This document shows, piece after piece, positions 39,401 to 50,022 of a stretch of 51,902 nucleotides of DNA. Where the stretch lies: NCBI GenBank assembly GCA_022797635.1, contig JAAWKZ010000005.1, forward strand, positions 1-51,902, in the 5' to 3' direction. Source of the stretch: Clostridia bacterium (lineage in GTDB: Bacteria; Bacillota; Clostridia; TANB77; CAG-508). The position numbers and the translations under genes are program-made. The notes below the pieces were generated by a model, which ran no database searches, was not told the DNA's origin, and saw only the letters and a list, made by a program, of their open reading frames with translations. Position 1 is the stretch's first letter; the number at the start of each line of letters is the position of its first letter.

Positions 39401-39858
39401 TTTAACTTTTCTAAAGAATATGGCTTACCAACAATAAACTCTACCATATCTTGATAAAGTTCTTTTTTGGAAATCATATTTTGCATCACTGTTTCAATTG
39501 TAGTAACTACAATAATTGGTCTTTTTTCTTTTTGAGCTAGTACCATTTGATTTAGTACTGCGATTCTTTCATATGGTAAATCTTTGCTTTGTGCTACATA
39601 GTCATATGCTGCCACTTCTCTTTTCGGAAAATACCATACTTTTTCTCCAAACTTTTCCATATCTTGGCATAACTTTTTAGCCTGTATCTCATTATAAGTT
39701 AATAAACAGATTGGTTGTCTTAGCTCTTGGTATAATGCTGTTAAAGCATGTGCTTTTTCTACGTCAACTAAGCCCGATAAAGATATCGGGCTTGTTTTCT
39801 TTTTTATCTCATCTATTACATCTTGAAATTTTTTTGTTTTTACTAATCCTTGTATCAT
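36412..39858 (-). CDS. mfd: Transcription-repair coupling factor
   Basis: GDVGYGKT, DEEHRFG, TATPIPRT and QIRGRVGR motifs, TRCF C-terminal domain. Confidence 0.97.
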   Translation of the reverse strand: MIQGLVKTKKFQDVIDEIKKKTSPISLSGLVDVEKAHALTALYQELRQPICLLTYNEIQAKKLCQDMEKFGEKVWYFPKREVAAYDYVAQSKDLPYERIAVLNQMVLAQKEKRPIIVVTTIETVMQNMISKKELYQDMVEFIVGKPYSLEKLKNTLVELGYERNELVENKGQFSIRGGILDIGLSENIGVRIEFWGDEVDSIRYFKLASQRSTEMLKSIIIFPAHELLVKDVKQAVSKIKEKYPEEKEDIELIEQGVYSSKVDKYFNQFYEQQENFLDYLSKEYLLVLDENSKIGQRQENIILDNNHLMDSLIEKERFVPEAIQNMSNFEYNLEQKQILYLEQNDILKNMTKFHFDTREIHFHSLELEMLLSDLKIYQKEKKKVILLTGNELNSKKVCDILKENEMNYRYEPNLKEQMAEGEKESEVVIRTGEIIVTLGSLSSGFENVDIGLVVISMEASFEVQPKRKKLTNNFKQAEKIVFADLKPGDFVVHQTHGIGQFVGVNTITADDVTKDYIKIQYRNDDMLYVPTNNLDTVRKYIGGGESSSPKLNKLGGKEWSATTNKVKKHLEEIAKDLVELYAKRQKIKGYAYAPDTPWQTQFEDSFPYSETEDQLRCIEEVKKDMERDTPMDRLLCGDVGYGKTEVAIRAAFKAVMDQKQVAYLVPTTILANQQYEEFKTRMGEFAMKVELLNRFRTKKEQNEIVKKLKLGEVDVVVGTHRLLSQDVIFKDLGLLIIDEEHRFGVKDKERIKQLKNNVDVLTMTATPIPRTLHMSIVGVRDMSVIYEPPHNRKPVQTYVLEYDKEVVQEAITRELEREGQIFYLYNQVEGIEKKASEISHLVPEAKVGFAHGQMSGRELEEIMESFIKKEINVLVCTTILESGIDIPNANTIIVENADRLGLAQLYQIRGRVGRGEKQAYSYIMYRRDKLLSEVADKRLKAIKEFTEFGSGFKIAMRDLEIRGAGSMLGEMQHGHMEQVGYDTYCKLLDEVIKNMQGIEVREEQDVQIDLSVSSYIPDSFIDNSSQKIEIYQNIALCRTEEDIQNVVDEVIDRYGKLPVELENLLEIARIKELARKVGATKISQRPESIVFYFAREVMTPEKMEKLYEQYGIAIRFSKGIEPYVTFKVRERTEKEIISKVKEFLNLCS

Positions 39859-40062
39859 TTGAGTTTCCTTCTATTTTATTGATACTTCTAAAAGTATATC
39901 ATTTTTGTGGAAAATTATCAATAATTTATTTTAGAGTACACAAAAAATTCCTAAAATTTTACATTTAAGAATAATATGATGTTTTTAATTACTTTTCAAA
40001 TGAAAACAGAAACTTTTTCATAAAAAGACACCCCACATTTCTGCAGGGCATACTCAAGAAAG

Positions 40063-42678
40063 TTATAGCCATTCTCCATATCTTTTAATATATTCTTTTT
40101 TAACAATGCTTGCAATAAAACAGTATAAAATTGGAACACCTATAATAACAATAACAATATATTTTAGTGGAACCGCCGTTAATCCTAGTAATGCTCCTAA
40201 TGGCGTAAATGGCACAGCTATTGCAATTAGGCTTAATAATATAGATGTTGCATATACAGCATAAGAACTATTACTCTGTATAAATGGTACTTTTGCAGTC
40301 CTAATAATATGCAATCCTACTAAATTAGAAACTACTCCATAAGAAAACCAAATAGATTGAAAAATTGCCGCTTCTCTAATCTGAAAACCAAACCATAAAA
40401 TAACAAAAATGAACAAATCAAATATCGAACTAGTTGGTCCCATCCATAGCATAAAATGCTTGATACTATTCATGCTCCACCTTTTTGGCTTTTGTAAATA
40501 TTCATGGTCCACATGATCATAAGGAAGTGATAATTGACCTATATCATATAATAAGCTTTGCACTAATAACTGAATTGGAGTAATTGGAAAAAATGGTAAG
40601 AAAATACTAGCAATCAAAATAGACAATACCTCTCCAAAATTGAAACTGACTGCCATTTTAATATACTTTAACAAATTGCCAAAAGTCTTTCTTCCCTCCA
40701 TTACCCCATCTGTTAGTACATTTAAGTTTTTCTTTAATAAGATAATATCTGCTGTTTCCTTTGTAATATCTACTGCTGTATCTACTGAAATTCCTACTTC
40801 ACTGTTTTTAAGTGATGGTGCATCATTAATTCCATCTCCCATATATCCTACAATGTTTCCCTGCTCTTTTAAAACACGTACAATCCTTGCTTTTTGAATA
40901 GGAGAAAGCTTAGCAAATACATTCGTCTTTTTCAAGAGCCTTGCTAGCGCCATATCAGATAGTTTATCAACTTTACTTCCTAACACAATTTTATCTGTAT
41001 TAATATCTACCTTTTGACAAATTGATTTTGTAACATATTCATTATCTCCTGTTAGAACTATAACACGAATTCCATCACGGTTTAGTCTCGCAATTTCTTC
41101 TTTGCTACTTTTTTTTGGAGGATCTAAAAAACCTACAAAACCAATTAATGTCATCTTTTCCTCATCTTTTTTAGAAAAAAACTTTTTTTCATTTACTTCT
41201 TTTACACAAATTGCAATTACTCTTAGTCCATTTTCATTTAGCTCTTTTGTCATTTTCTTTATTTTTGATTTTATTTCACTTGTAATAGGTTTTACGTCTT
41301 GTTCTAACACTGTATTACAAATGCTTAAAGTTTCCTCTACTGCTCCCTTTGTAATCATAATTACTTTAGGTTTTTTTTCTTTCTTAATACTCAAAATAAC
41401 AGATAGCCTTCTTCTAGAAAAATCAAATGGTACTTCATCTACTTTGGCATATTCTTCTGCAATTTTTTGTAGTCCACTTTCTGTTACTCTTTTAATAACT
41501 GCCTCATCAATATTTCCTTTTAGTCCTGTTTGAAAATATGAATTTAAAAATGCTGTTTCTAAAACCTTACTATCTTCTTCTCCTACAAGATTTAAGTATT
41601 TCTCTAATACAATTTTATCCTCGGTTAATGTTCCTGTTTTATCTGTACATAAAATATTCATGGCTCCAAAAGATTGAATACTATCTAACTTTTTTACAAT
41701 TGTCTTTTTTTTAGACATATTCATTGCACCTTTTGCTAAACTAGAAGATAAAATCACTGGTAATAATAGTGGTGTAATTCCTATTGCAATAGCTACAGCA
41801 AATGTAAAGGCAGTTAAAGTATCATGTTTAAAACTATTTACTAAAAATGTAATGGGAATTAATACTAACATAAATCGAATCAATAACTTACTGACACTTT
41901 CTATTCCCTTTTGAAAGTTTGTTTTTGGCTTACCTTGTTCTATTGATTGTGCTATCTTACCAAAATAAGTGTCATCTGCAATTCTAAAAACAATTCCTTT
42001 TCCTATACCACTCATAACATTGGTTCCCATAAAGCAAATAGTATCTAAATCTGTAATATCATCTATTTTTTTATTTTCTGTGCTTTGTACTTTTCGTACA
42101 CTATCTGATTCTCCTGTTAAAGAAGATTGTACTACATATAAATCTTTTTGCTCTACAATTCTCAAATCCGCTGGTATGAGCTCTCCTGCAGATAATAATA
42201 CAACATCTCCTATTGTAATTTCATCTAAATATATTTTTTCTTCCTTTCCATCTCTCAAAACGGTGGTTTTGACTGCTACTAACTTTTTTAGTTTCTCTGC
42301 TGCTTTGTTCGATTTAAATACTTCAAAAAACTCTAAAAAAGTACTAATAATAATTAAGGAAATTACTACTATCAAATTTGCATAACTAGGCTCTTCTGGC
42401 AAAATCACATCTATATAGAACAATACAAAAGCAATACCTAATAAAATCAAGTTAAATGGACTAAAAAAACTTTGCCACAAATAATGATACCATTTCTTTG
42501 CTTTTGCTTGTTTCATTTGATTCTTTCCATATTTTTCTTGCCTTTTGATAACATCTTCTTGAGATAATCCTTCAAGAGAAAATTGGTTATTTTGTAAAAA
42601 TGTCTCTATACTACTATTATTTATCTCTCCGTAAACTTTCTGAATATCTATTTTCTCCTCTTGTTCTTGTTCGGACAT
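40063..42678 (-). CDS. mgtA: Mg2+-translocating P-type ATPase
   Basis: TGES, DKTGTLT, PFDFSRRR, GDGINDAP and NFGEVLS motifs. Confidence 0.88.
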   Translation of the reverse strand: MSEQEQEEKIDIQKVYGEINNSSIETFLQNNQFSLEGLSQEDVIKRQEKYGKNQMKQAKAKKWYHYLWQSFFSPFNLILLGIAFVLFYIDVILPEEPSYANLIVVISLIIISTFLEFFEVFKSNKAAEKLKKLVAVKTTVLRDGKEEKIYLDEITIGDVVLLSAGELIPADLRIVEQKDLYVVQSSLTGESDSVRKVQSTENKKIDDITDLDTICFMGTNVMSGIGKGIVFRIADDTYFGKIAQSIEQGKPKTNFQKGIESVSKLLIRFMLVLIPITFLVNSFKHDTLTAFTFAVAIAIGITPLLLPVILSSSLAKGAMNMSKKKTIVKKLDSIQSFGAMNILCTDKTGTLTEDKIVLEKYLNLVGEEDSKVLETAFLNSYFQTGLKGNIDEAVIKRVTESGLQKIAEEYAKVDEVPFDFSRRRLSVILSIKKEKKPKVIMITKGAVEETLSICNTVLEQDVKPITSEIKSKIKKMTKELNENGLRVIAICVKEVNEKKFFSKKDEEKMTLIGFVGFLDPPKKSSKEEIARLNRDGIRVIVLTGDNEYVTKSICQKVDINTDKIVLGSKVDKLSDMALARLLKKTNVFAKLSPIQKARIVRVLKEQGNIVGYMGDGINDAPSLKNSEVGISVDTAVDITKETADIILLKKNLNVLTDGVMEGRKTFGNLLKYIKMAVSFNFGEVLSILIASIFLPFFPITPIQLLVQSLLYDIGQLSLPYDHVDHEYLQKPKRWSMNSIKHFMLWMGPTSSIFDLFIFVILWFGFQIREAAIFQSIWFSYGVVSNLVGLHIIRTAKVPFIQSNSSYAVYATSILLSLIAIAVPFTPLGALLGLTAVPLKYIVIVIIGVPILYCFIASIVKKEYIKRYGEWL

Positions 42679-42748
42679 AATTTTCTCCTTTTTTGCATAT
42701 ATTTTTTCTTAAGTTTATTGTGCTACTTTTTTCAAGTTTTATACAATT

Positions 42749-42814
42749 TGTCAGATTGGGGACGTTCCTTTTTCTGACATCTTTGTCACAAAAAGGAACG
42801 TCCCCAATCTGACA
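42749..42814. repeat. REPIN-like palindrome, copy E
   Basis: tgtcagattggggacgttcctttt ... aaaaggaacgtccccaatctgaca. Confidence 0.8.
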
Positions 42815-42834
42815 CCAAAAAGGAGATTTATATA

Positions 42835-43968
42835 ATGATAAAAGATTTGCCACTATCGAACTATGCAGAATTAGAACATACACCAAATAAAAATAAAATA
42901 AAAATCTGGGTATGTTCTTTAAAACAAAATGGAATTACTATTTTATTTTGCCTTTTCGTCATTTGCTTAGTTCTATTTTCTAGAACTAATCTATCTGCTG
43001 CAAAAAATGGACTTATTCTATGGGCTACTGCTGTTGTACCTTCTTTATTTCCTTTTTTTGTTGCAACTGAAATGCTGAGCTATACAAATGTTGTTTCTTG
43101 TTTAGGAAAATCGCTCACATCTATTATGCGTCCATTATTTGGAGTTCCTGGAGAAGCTGCATTTGCTTTTATTATGGGATTAATTTCTGGCTATCCAGTA
43201 GGTGCTAAAATTGTTAGTAACTTTATGGAACAAGGCATTTGTAGTAAAGAAGAAGCTGAAAGGATGCTTGCCTTCACCAACAATTCTGGTCCTTTATTTA
43301 TTGTAGGTACAGTTGGAATTACTTTATTTGGTAATACCACTATTGGCACTTTGCTTCTAATTACACATATTCTAGCTTGCATTAGTGTTGGTATTATTTT
43401 AAATATATGTACATGTCATAAAAGAAAAAATGAATTTATACCTTCTCATACTTCAATTGGTAAAAATCATAATAAGAAACAAGATAATAAGGCTACACCT
43501 CCTACCTTCTCTTCTCTAGGAGAAATCTTAGGCAATAGTATTAAAAATGCTACCTCAACAATTCTACTTATTGGGGGATTTGTCGTATTATTTTCTGTTA
43601 TCATTTCTATCTTGAACCAAAGCCATTTGTTAGATAGTTTTTCTAATATCTGCTCTCCTATATTTACTACATTTAAAGCACCGAGCGAATTTTGTAAACC
43701 TTTGCTTTCAGGAATTGTAGAATTAACAAACGGTGTTAGTTTAATTGCTGGAATCCCTACTAAAGATATTTCTATCAGTATTATTTTTAGTGCATTTTTA
43801 CTAGGTTTTGGTGGATTTTCTGTATTACTTCAAGTATTTAGTATTGTTAGTAAAAATGGTATATCCATTAAAAAATATGCCTATGGTAAATTATTACAAG
43901 GTTTTTTGGCAGCTTTGTATACAGGTCTTGCTATTCAATTTATTCCTTTTTTACAGTTTAACTTGTAA
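42835..43968 (+). CDS. ylbJ: Sporulation integral membrane protein YlbJ
   Basis: VVPSLFPFF, SGYPVGAK, NNSGPLFI, ELTNG and GFGGFSV motifs; start uncertain. Confidence 0.85.
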   Translation: MIKDLPLSNYAELEHTPNKNKIKIWVCSLKQNGITILFCLFVICLVLFSRTNLSAAKNGLILWATAVVPSLFPFFVATEMLSYTNVVSCLGKSLTSIMRPLFGVPGEAAFAFIMGLISGYPVGAKIVSNFMEQGICSKEEAERMLAFTNNSGPLFIVGTVGITLFGNTTIGTLLLITHILACISVGIILNICTCHKRKNEFIPSHTSIGKNHNKKQDNKATPPTFSSLGEILGNSIKNATSTILLIGGFVVLFSVIISILNQSHLLDSFSNICSPIFTTFKAPSEFCKPLLSGIVELTNGVSLIAGIPTKDISISIIFSAFLLGFGGFSVLLQVFSIVSKNGISIKKYAYGKLLQGFLAALYTGLAIQFIPFLQFNL

Positions 43969-44049
43969 TGTCAGGCTGGTAACATACCTTAACAGACATA
44001 TTTTCTATTTTATAGAATACTATTTATTAATAGAGAAAGGATAGATTTT

Positions 44050-44271
44050 ATGGATAAAAATGATATGAATTTTAATTTTCCACCTTATATGAATTATGAT
44101 ATTGGTTGTGATCCAATTATGGGTGATCCTAACATGTTTAATCCTATGATGCAATATGAACAAGGATTTATGTATTATCGTTATTTAACACAACAAATAG
44201 AATATAAAATTAAGTGTAAAGAGTATGAAAAAATGTGTGGTAATTCTAGAAGCGAAAGAAGAGTGGAATAG
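44050..44271 (+). CDS. Small hypothetical protein
   Basis: AAGGA RBS; Met/Asn/Tyr-rich; downstream terminator near 44317-44353. Confidence 0.6.
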   Translation: MDKNDMNFNFPPYMNYDIGCDPIMGDPNMFNPMMQYEQGFMYYRYLTQQIEYKIKCKEYEKMCGNSRSERRVE

Positions 44272-44369
44272 AGAATACTTTTTATATTTTACTAGACTCA
44301 AATATTAAGTAAGTAAAAAACCAATAGGCCTCAACTTAAGCCTACTGGTTTTTTCTATCCTTTTTTAGT

Positions 44370-45047
44370 CTAATATTTAATTGGTTGATTATTTTCATCA
44401 AAATAAGTTGCCTTCCCCTCATAAGACGAAAGTGTAATATTCTTATATTTAAATGGGATAATTATATTTTCTTCTCTATCTATAAACCCCCAATGACCAT
44501 CCCTAAACGCAGGTGCAAGTCCATCAATAAACGACCATAATCCATCATATTTAAATTCAGTAATCTCATTTCCATAACAATCTATAAAAGCCCATTTGTA
44601 TCCTTTTCTTACTGACGCTATCCCTTCACTAAATAAATTTGCATAATCATATTGAAATAGTATTACTGTTTCTCCATATTCATTTACATATCCCCATTTT
44701 CCATTTTTTTCTTTTGGAAATATACTATTACTTAAATCAATTGTGTTATGTCTATTATTTGGTTCTTCCATAAAAGTAAACTCAACATTACTTCCAATAG
44801 CTGTGATATTTACTTTACTATCTTCTAATCTATCATCTCTTTCTTCTTGTAAAACTTCATTTACATTAAGCATATTCTCTAATATTAAAGAAGAACAATC
44901 ATCAACTAGAATATCATAACTAATTGTGAGAATTGTAATAAGTAAACATCTCTTTACATTTTTTATGTTGCTCTTATCTTCCAAAACACTCTTTAAAAGA
45001 ACGCAGATAATAGTTAAAATTAATATAATAACGAGCTTGATATTCAT
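44370..45047 (-). CDS. WG-repeat (KWG) membrane protein
   Basis: GKWGYVN, KWAFID and HWGFID repeats; AAGGAGG RBS. Confidence 0.85.
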   Translation of the reverse strand: MNIKLVIILILTIICVLLKSVLEDKSNIKNVKRCLLITILTISYDILVDDCSSLILENMLNVNEVLQEERDDRLEDSKVNITAIGSNVEFTFMEEPNNRHNTIDLSNSIFPKEKNGKWGYVNEYGETVILFQYDYANLFSEGIASVRKGYKWAFIDCYGNEITEFKYDGLWSFIDGLAPAFRDGHWGFIDREENIIIPFKYKNITLSSYEGKATYFDENNQPIKY

Positions 45048-45367
45048 AAATTCATCCTCCTTATTATTCTCTTTTTATCTTTCTTCTCTTTAGTTTTTTC
45101 TTACTTATTACTTTTCTTTTTTTAAATCCTCCTCTTCTTAGATTATAACCTTATTTCTGTAATTCTGTAGAACTATTCACCTACCTTTCACTTTATATTC
45201 TACCAAAAAATAAAGTTAGTACATTACTTTTCTCTTATCTTACCTTTATAAAATGAATTCTAATGATTATTCATAATTCTTATTTATCTAAAAAGTTTTT
45301 ACAAAAAAAAAATAACTTACAGATATTTATTTTTCAATTTTTCAAACTGTAAGCTATTAAATATTTA

Positions 45368-45444
45368 TGGTAGCGACGGTGGGGCTCGAACCTACGACCT
45401 ACCGGGTATGAACCGGTTGCTCTAGCCAACTGAGCTACGTCGCC
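45368..45444 (-). tRNA. tRNA-Met (CAT), elongator type
   Basis: GGCGACGTAGCTCAG...ACCGG-TTCATAC-CCGGT...GGTTCGAG...CGTCGCTACCA; 77 nt with encoded CCA. Confidence 0.93.
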
Positions 45445-45551
45445 ATTTGATTTATTTATTCTTTATAATATCATTTAGTAATATCTTTGTCAAGTAAAAA
45501 CAAAAAAAAGTTGAGGTTTTCTCAACTTTTTTCTCATTTCTTTTATTTTTG

Positions 45552-45848
45552 TTATATTTCTCTTCCTTCTTTTCCTTTTGTAGTTTCCCTTTTTTCAGCT
45601 GCTTCTACTGCTTTTGCAGTATCTACTTCTGCTCTTTCTACAATGCCTTTAGACTTTCCACCCTTAGGAGCAGAATTAGAAACATAAAAACTTCTTTCTA
45701 AAGTATCTACTCTACTTAGTGACTCTTTTAGTTCTTGCATTTTAGGGTCTTCACTTTTTTCTATATCTACTTCTTCGTCTGGACAATCTACATCTATAAA
45801 TATCATTTTTAAAAAATTTAAAATTCCATTTTTTTCTCTTACTCTCAT
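45552..45848 (-). CDS. Hypothetical charged protein
   Basis: GGAGG RBS, 98 aa, no recognisable motif. Confidence 0.6.
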   Translation of the reverse strand: MRVREKNGILNFLKMIFIDVDCPDEEVDIEKSEDPKMQELKESLSRVDTLERSFYVSNSAPKGGKSKGIVERAEVDTAKAVEAAEKRETTKGKEGREI

Positions 45849-45971
45849 ATTTTTTCTTCCTCCATAGGTTTATTTCCCATCACATACTATATTATACCAC
45901 ATTTTTCCTATTAAATCAAGCCTTTGGAGCTAAGTTAGTTATTAGCAAATAGAGATTAAAGAATTCTTATC

Positions 45972-47189
45972 TTAATTCATATAATCTCTTAGCTTTTTGC
46001 TTCTACTTGGGTGTCTTAGTTTCCTTAATGCTTTTGCTTCAATTTGTCTAATTCTTTCACGTGTAACCATGAACTCTTTTCCTACTTCTTCTAGAGTACG
46101 TGCTTTTCCATCTTCTAATCCAAATCTTAATTTTAAAACTTTCGCTTCCCTTGGAGTTAGTGTATTCATTACTTCTTCCAATTGCTCACGAAGTAAGGTA
46201 TAAGCTGCTGAATCTTGTGGAGCAGGGCTATCTTCATCTTGTATAAAATCACCTAAATGACTGTCGTCTTCTTCACCTATTGGTGTCTCTAATGACACTG
46301 GATCTTGTGCAATTTTTTGGATCTCCATTACTCTTTCTACTGGTATTTCCATCTCTTTTGCAATTTCTTCTGGTGATGGTTCACGCCCCATTTGTTGTAA
46401 AAGATGTCTTGATGTCCTAATTAATTTGTTAATGGTTTCTACCATATGAACAGGAATACGAATTGTCCTTGCTTGATCTGCTATCGCTCTTGTAATAGCT
46501 TGCCTAATCCACCAGGTTGCATAAGTACTGAATTTGAAGCCTTTAGTATAATCAAATTTTTCTACCGCCTTGATTAAGCCCATGTTACCTTCTTGAATTA
46601 AATCTAAGAAAAGCATTCCTCTTCCTACATACTTTTTGGCAATACTAACTACTAATCTCAAGTTAGATTCTGTTAATCTTTGTTTTGCCTCTTCGCTACC
46701 TGCTAAAATTTCTGTTGCTAATTCTAGTTCTTGGTCATAAGTTAAAAGTGGAATTTTTCCAATTTCTCTTAAATACATTCTAACAGGGTCATCTATACTA
46801 ACCCCTTCAATATTAGTTAAGTCAATTTCTTCTAACTTAATATCTTCTACATCTTGTAGGTCTTCCAAATCTGGTTCTACATCTAAATCATCATCTTGTA
46901 AAACACTAACACCTAAATCTTCAAAAGCATCAAATACTTTGTCTATTTGATCTGGATTAGTATCTTCTAATTCGTTTGCAAGTTCTCCATAAGTAATTTT
47001 TCCGTTTTCTTTTGCTTTTTTCAAAATAGTTTCTACTTTTGCTTTACTTACTTCATCTATTTCTTTCTTAGTATCTGCTAATTTCTCTTTTGCTTCAGAT
47101 TTTGAATTAAGTTCATCTTTATTTTCTGCTATCTTCTTTTTCACTTTTTTATTTTCTTCTACTGGCTCTTTTTTCTCTACTTTTTTCAT
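45972..47189 (-). CDS. rpoD: Primary sigma factor SigA/RpoD
   Basis: [31 protein letters not shown] and TRERIRQIE motifs. Confidence 0.98.
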   Translation of the reverse strand: MKKVEKKEPVEENKKVKKKIAENKDELNSKSEAKEKLADTKKEIDEVSKAKVETILKKAKENGKITYGELANELEDTNPDQIDKVFDAFEDLGVSVLQDDDLDVEPDLEDLQDVEDIKLEEIDLTNIEGVSIDDPVRMYLREIGKIPLLTYDQELELATEILAGSEEAKQRLTESNLRLVVSIAKKYVGRGMLFLDLIQEGNMGLIKAVEKFDYTKGFKFSTYATWWIRQAITRAIADQARTIRIPVHMVETINKLIRTSRHLLQQMGREPSPEEIAKEMEIPVERVMEIQKIAQDPVSLETPIGEEDDSHLGDFIQDEDSPAPQDSAAYTLLREQLEEVMNTLTPREAKVLKLRFGLEDGKARTLEEVGKEFMVTRERIRQIEAKALRKLRHPSRSKKLRDYMN

Positions 47190-47201
47190 TTTTTCAGCCT
47201 C

Positions 47202-48986
47202 CTACTTCATTTTTGCCAATTTTAAAATAACCTCATTCAATTCATTTTCTAATTGGCTTATATTTTCTGCACTATCTCCATCTAGCTTCTTCAATATCTG
47301 ATTTCTTCTTTGTACTAGTCTTTCTTTTTCATAAATACTAATTAAATCATCTATCGCCTTGTCAACATCTGTAATTTCAAAATCATATGCCATAATTTCT
47401 GTTAAATGACTAATCATATTTTCTTCTTCAAATTTGTCTAATATTTGACTAGTATTACTATTTCCTTTTTCTAATTCTTCATACAACTTTTTTAAAATTA
47501 CTTTATTTAATGAATGTTGAAAGTTTTCAGGTAAAATTACTTCTTTTAATCTGCTATACGTCTTTGCTTCTTCATTAATCAACAAATAAATGACCATATT
47601 TTCTCTTTTAATAACTGCTTCTGAAACCTCTTGTGTCTTTTCCTGATTTTTATTGTTCATTACACGTACTGGTCTCTCTAATTTCTTTGTTCCTGAATTT
47701 CCTGCATACATCAATTTATTAATTTCTGCTTGTATAGCTTCTTTTGATATTTTATAATCTTTAGAAAGTTTCTCAACATAAATTTCTCTTTCCATTTGAT
47801 TACTTACTTTTGCTAAAATTTTCGCAATTTCATTTAAAAATTTAATTTTGTCATTAGTTACTTCTAAATTCATATCTTTTTTAAGAATTTTTACTCTGAA
47901 TTCTACTAAAGAGATAGCATTTTCTACACATTTTTGGAATCTCTCTGGTCCATATTTTACAACATATTCATCTGGATCTTTTGCTCCTTCAATTTGCAAA
48001 ATGCGAAGATCACATCCCATATTTTGCAAAATTTCCATTCCTCTTAATATAGCATTTTGTCCAGCTCCATCTGCATCATATCCCAAAATAATCTTTTCAC
48101 TATGTCTTCTAAGTAACCTACCTTGTGCTTCTGTTAAAGCAGTTCCTAAAGAAGCTACTACATTTGTAATCCCTCTTTGATACAAAGAAATTGCATCCAT
48201 GTAGCCTTCTACGATAATAATTTTTTTTGTATCATGACGTTTTGCTACATTTAATCCAAATAAATGCCTGCCTTTGCTATATACAATATTTTCTGGTGAA
48301 TTGATATATTTAGGTTTACTATCATCTAATACTCTACCACCAAATGCAATTACTTTATCTCTAATATCTTGTATCGGAAACATAAGTCGCTTTCGAAAGC
48401 TATCCATATATTTACCATCTGGCGCTTTTTTAATAAGGCTAGATGCTAACATTTCTTCTTCTGTATAACCTTTTCCTTTGAGTATTTGATATAACTCATC
48501 AAAATTGCCTGCATATCCTATTAAGAAAGCTTTTAAAGTATTGTTATCTAGCTTTCTTTTCTTAATATACTCTTGTGCTGTTTTTGACGCTGGCTTGTAC
48601 AAATTTTCATGATAAAATTCTGCTGCAATTTGATTAATTTCATAGACTTTTGATTTTAATCTAGCCGTTTTTTCGTCTTCACCATTATCTAAAGTTGGTA
48701 ATTCGATATTCGCTCTTTCTGCTAAAAGCTCTAGTGTTTCTTTAAAATTTATACTTTCAATTTTGCTAACAAAATGAATAACATTTCCTCCTGCATTGCA
48801 GCCAAAGCAATGAAATATTTGCTTGTCTGGTGAAACAGCAAAAGAAGGAGATTTTTCTTTATGAAATGGACATAATCCAAAAAAGTTTCTCCCACTTCTT
48901 TTTAAAGTAACATATTGTGAAATAACATCTACAATATCATTATTACTTCTAATTTCTTCAATTAGTTCATCACTATATCTTACCAA
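47202..48986 (-). CDS. dnaG: DNA primase
   Basis: CPFHKEKSPSF zinc finger, KYINSPE, EGYMD and YDAD motifs. Confidence 0.97.
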   Translation of the reverse strand: MVRYSDELIEEIRSNNDIVDVISQYVTLKRSGRNFFGLCPFHKEKSPSFAVSPDKQIFHCFGCNAGGNVIHFVSKIESINFKETLELLAERANIELPTLDNGEDEKTARLKSKVYEINQIAAEFYHENLYKPASKTAQEYIKKRKLDNNTLKAFLIGYAGNFDELYQILKGKGYTEEEMLASSLIKKAPDGKYMDSFRKRLMFPIQDIRDKVIAFGGRVLDDSKPKYINSPENIVYSKGRHLFGLNVAKRHDTKKIIIVEGYMDAISLYQRGITNVVASLGTALTEAQGRLLRRHSEKIILGYDADGAGQNAILRGMEILQNMGCDLRILQIEGAKDPDEYVVKYGPERFQKCVENAISLVEFRVKILKKDMNLEVTNDKIKFLNEIAKILAKVSNQMEREIYVEKLSKDYKISKEAIQAEINKLMYAGNSGTKKLERPVRVMNNKNQEKTQEVSEAVIKRENMVIYLLINEEAKTYSRLKEVILPENFQHSLNKVILKKLYEELEKGNSNTSQILDKFEEENMISHLTEIMAYDFEITDVDKAIDDLISIYEKERLVQRRNQILKKLDGDSAENISQLENELNEVILKLAKMK

Positions 48987-49094
48987 TTCAGAAACGCTAC
49001 CTTTCTATATCTTATCCTCTCAATCTCTTATCATAAAGTATATTATTTTACTTATCTTTCCATTAAACCGTATTAGTATTCTTATTATTATATT

Positions 49095-49120
49095 ATTCGA
49101 CAAAAAAAAGATAAATCCTT
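49095..49120 (-). promoter_or_regulatory. SigH-like promoter overlapping a Spo0A-box-like TGTCGAA, upstream of dnaG-sigA
   Basis: AGGATTT, 14 nt, GAAT on the minus strand; TGTCGAA at 49102-49096. Confidence 0.5.
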
Positions 49121-49145
49121 CTTTACAATTTGACAATTCCATTAT

Positions 49146-49196
49146 TTGTCAGTTATGGGACATATGTCAGTTAAACTAACGTCCCCAAACTGACAA
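49146..49196. repeat. REP-like palindrome, copy F
   Basis: ttgtcagttatgggac...atgtcagttaaactaacgtccccaaactgacaa. Confidence 0.75.
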
Positions 49197-49244
49197 AAAC
49201 GAATAACAGTGTAACCTTTTTTAGGTTACACTGCTTAGTATTCA

Positions 49245-49823
49245 TTATAAATTGGTTGTTCCTTCATTACTATCAAACGGAATGAATTTATTAACCATAC
49301 TTGTATTTAAATCAATTTCTTCATGTGGTGTTCTATACTCATCAAATGATAAACTTATCTTATTATCAATTAATTCCTCTACTTCTTCTTGTGAAGCATG
49401 TTCTGCTAAAACTAATTCACTAACTAAAATTTGTTTTGCATTGGAAAGCATTTTCTTTTCGCCAGTAGATAATCCTTTTTCTTTTTGTTTAAAAGCTAGA
49501 TTTCTAACAACATCCGCGATCTCATATACATCTCCACTTTTCATTTTTTCCATATTATCTCTATATCTTTTATTCCAATTTTGGGACATCTCTGTTTCGT
49601 CCTCTCCCAAAATAGAAATAACTTTTTCAGCTTCTTCTTTTCCTATTATATTTCTTACACCAATTTGTTCTGCCTTTGCTGTTGGAACCATTACTTTTAC
49701 TTCTCCTGGCATTTTGATAATATAATAAGCTTGGTTTTCTCCTAGAATATTTTTTTCTTCTATTGCATCTATTGTACCTGCTCCGTGCATTGGATATACA
49801 ATTTTATCACCTACATTAAACAT
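49245..49823 (-). CDS. carD: CarD-family transcriptional regulator
   Basis: MFNVGDKIVYPMHGAG, NWNKRYR and LSTGEKKM motifs; ATG 49823 after GGAGGG. Confidence 0.92.
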   Translation of the reverse strand: MFNVGDKIVYPMHGAGTIDAIEEKNILGENQAYYIIKMPGEVKVMVPTAKAEQIGVRNIIGKEEAEKVISILGEDETEMSQNWNKRYRDNMEKMKSGDVYEIADVVRNLAFKQKEKGLSTGEKKMLSNAKQILVSELVLAEHASQEEVEELIDNKISLSFDEYRTPHEEIDLNTSMVNKFIPFDSNEGTTNL

Positions 49824-50022
49824 GTAAGCCCTCCTTCCCATTTGCCAAATAAATTAGTTAGTTAAGAACGGGATTGTCTCTTCTTAAACCACATAACTAT
49901 TATACTACAAAATTTGGTAAAAGTCAAAGCTTTTACTATTATTTTTTTCTTGTATTTTCCTTGTTTTCCTGTATTTTCAAGGTTTTCCAAGATTTAATAT
50001 TTTTTTATATTTATGTTACTTT

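Noticed and set aside
45368-45444. tRNA-Met as an integration site for the neighbouring WG-repeat gene
   Set aside because: No duplicated tRNA 3' end or integrase seen.
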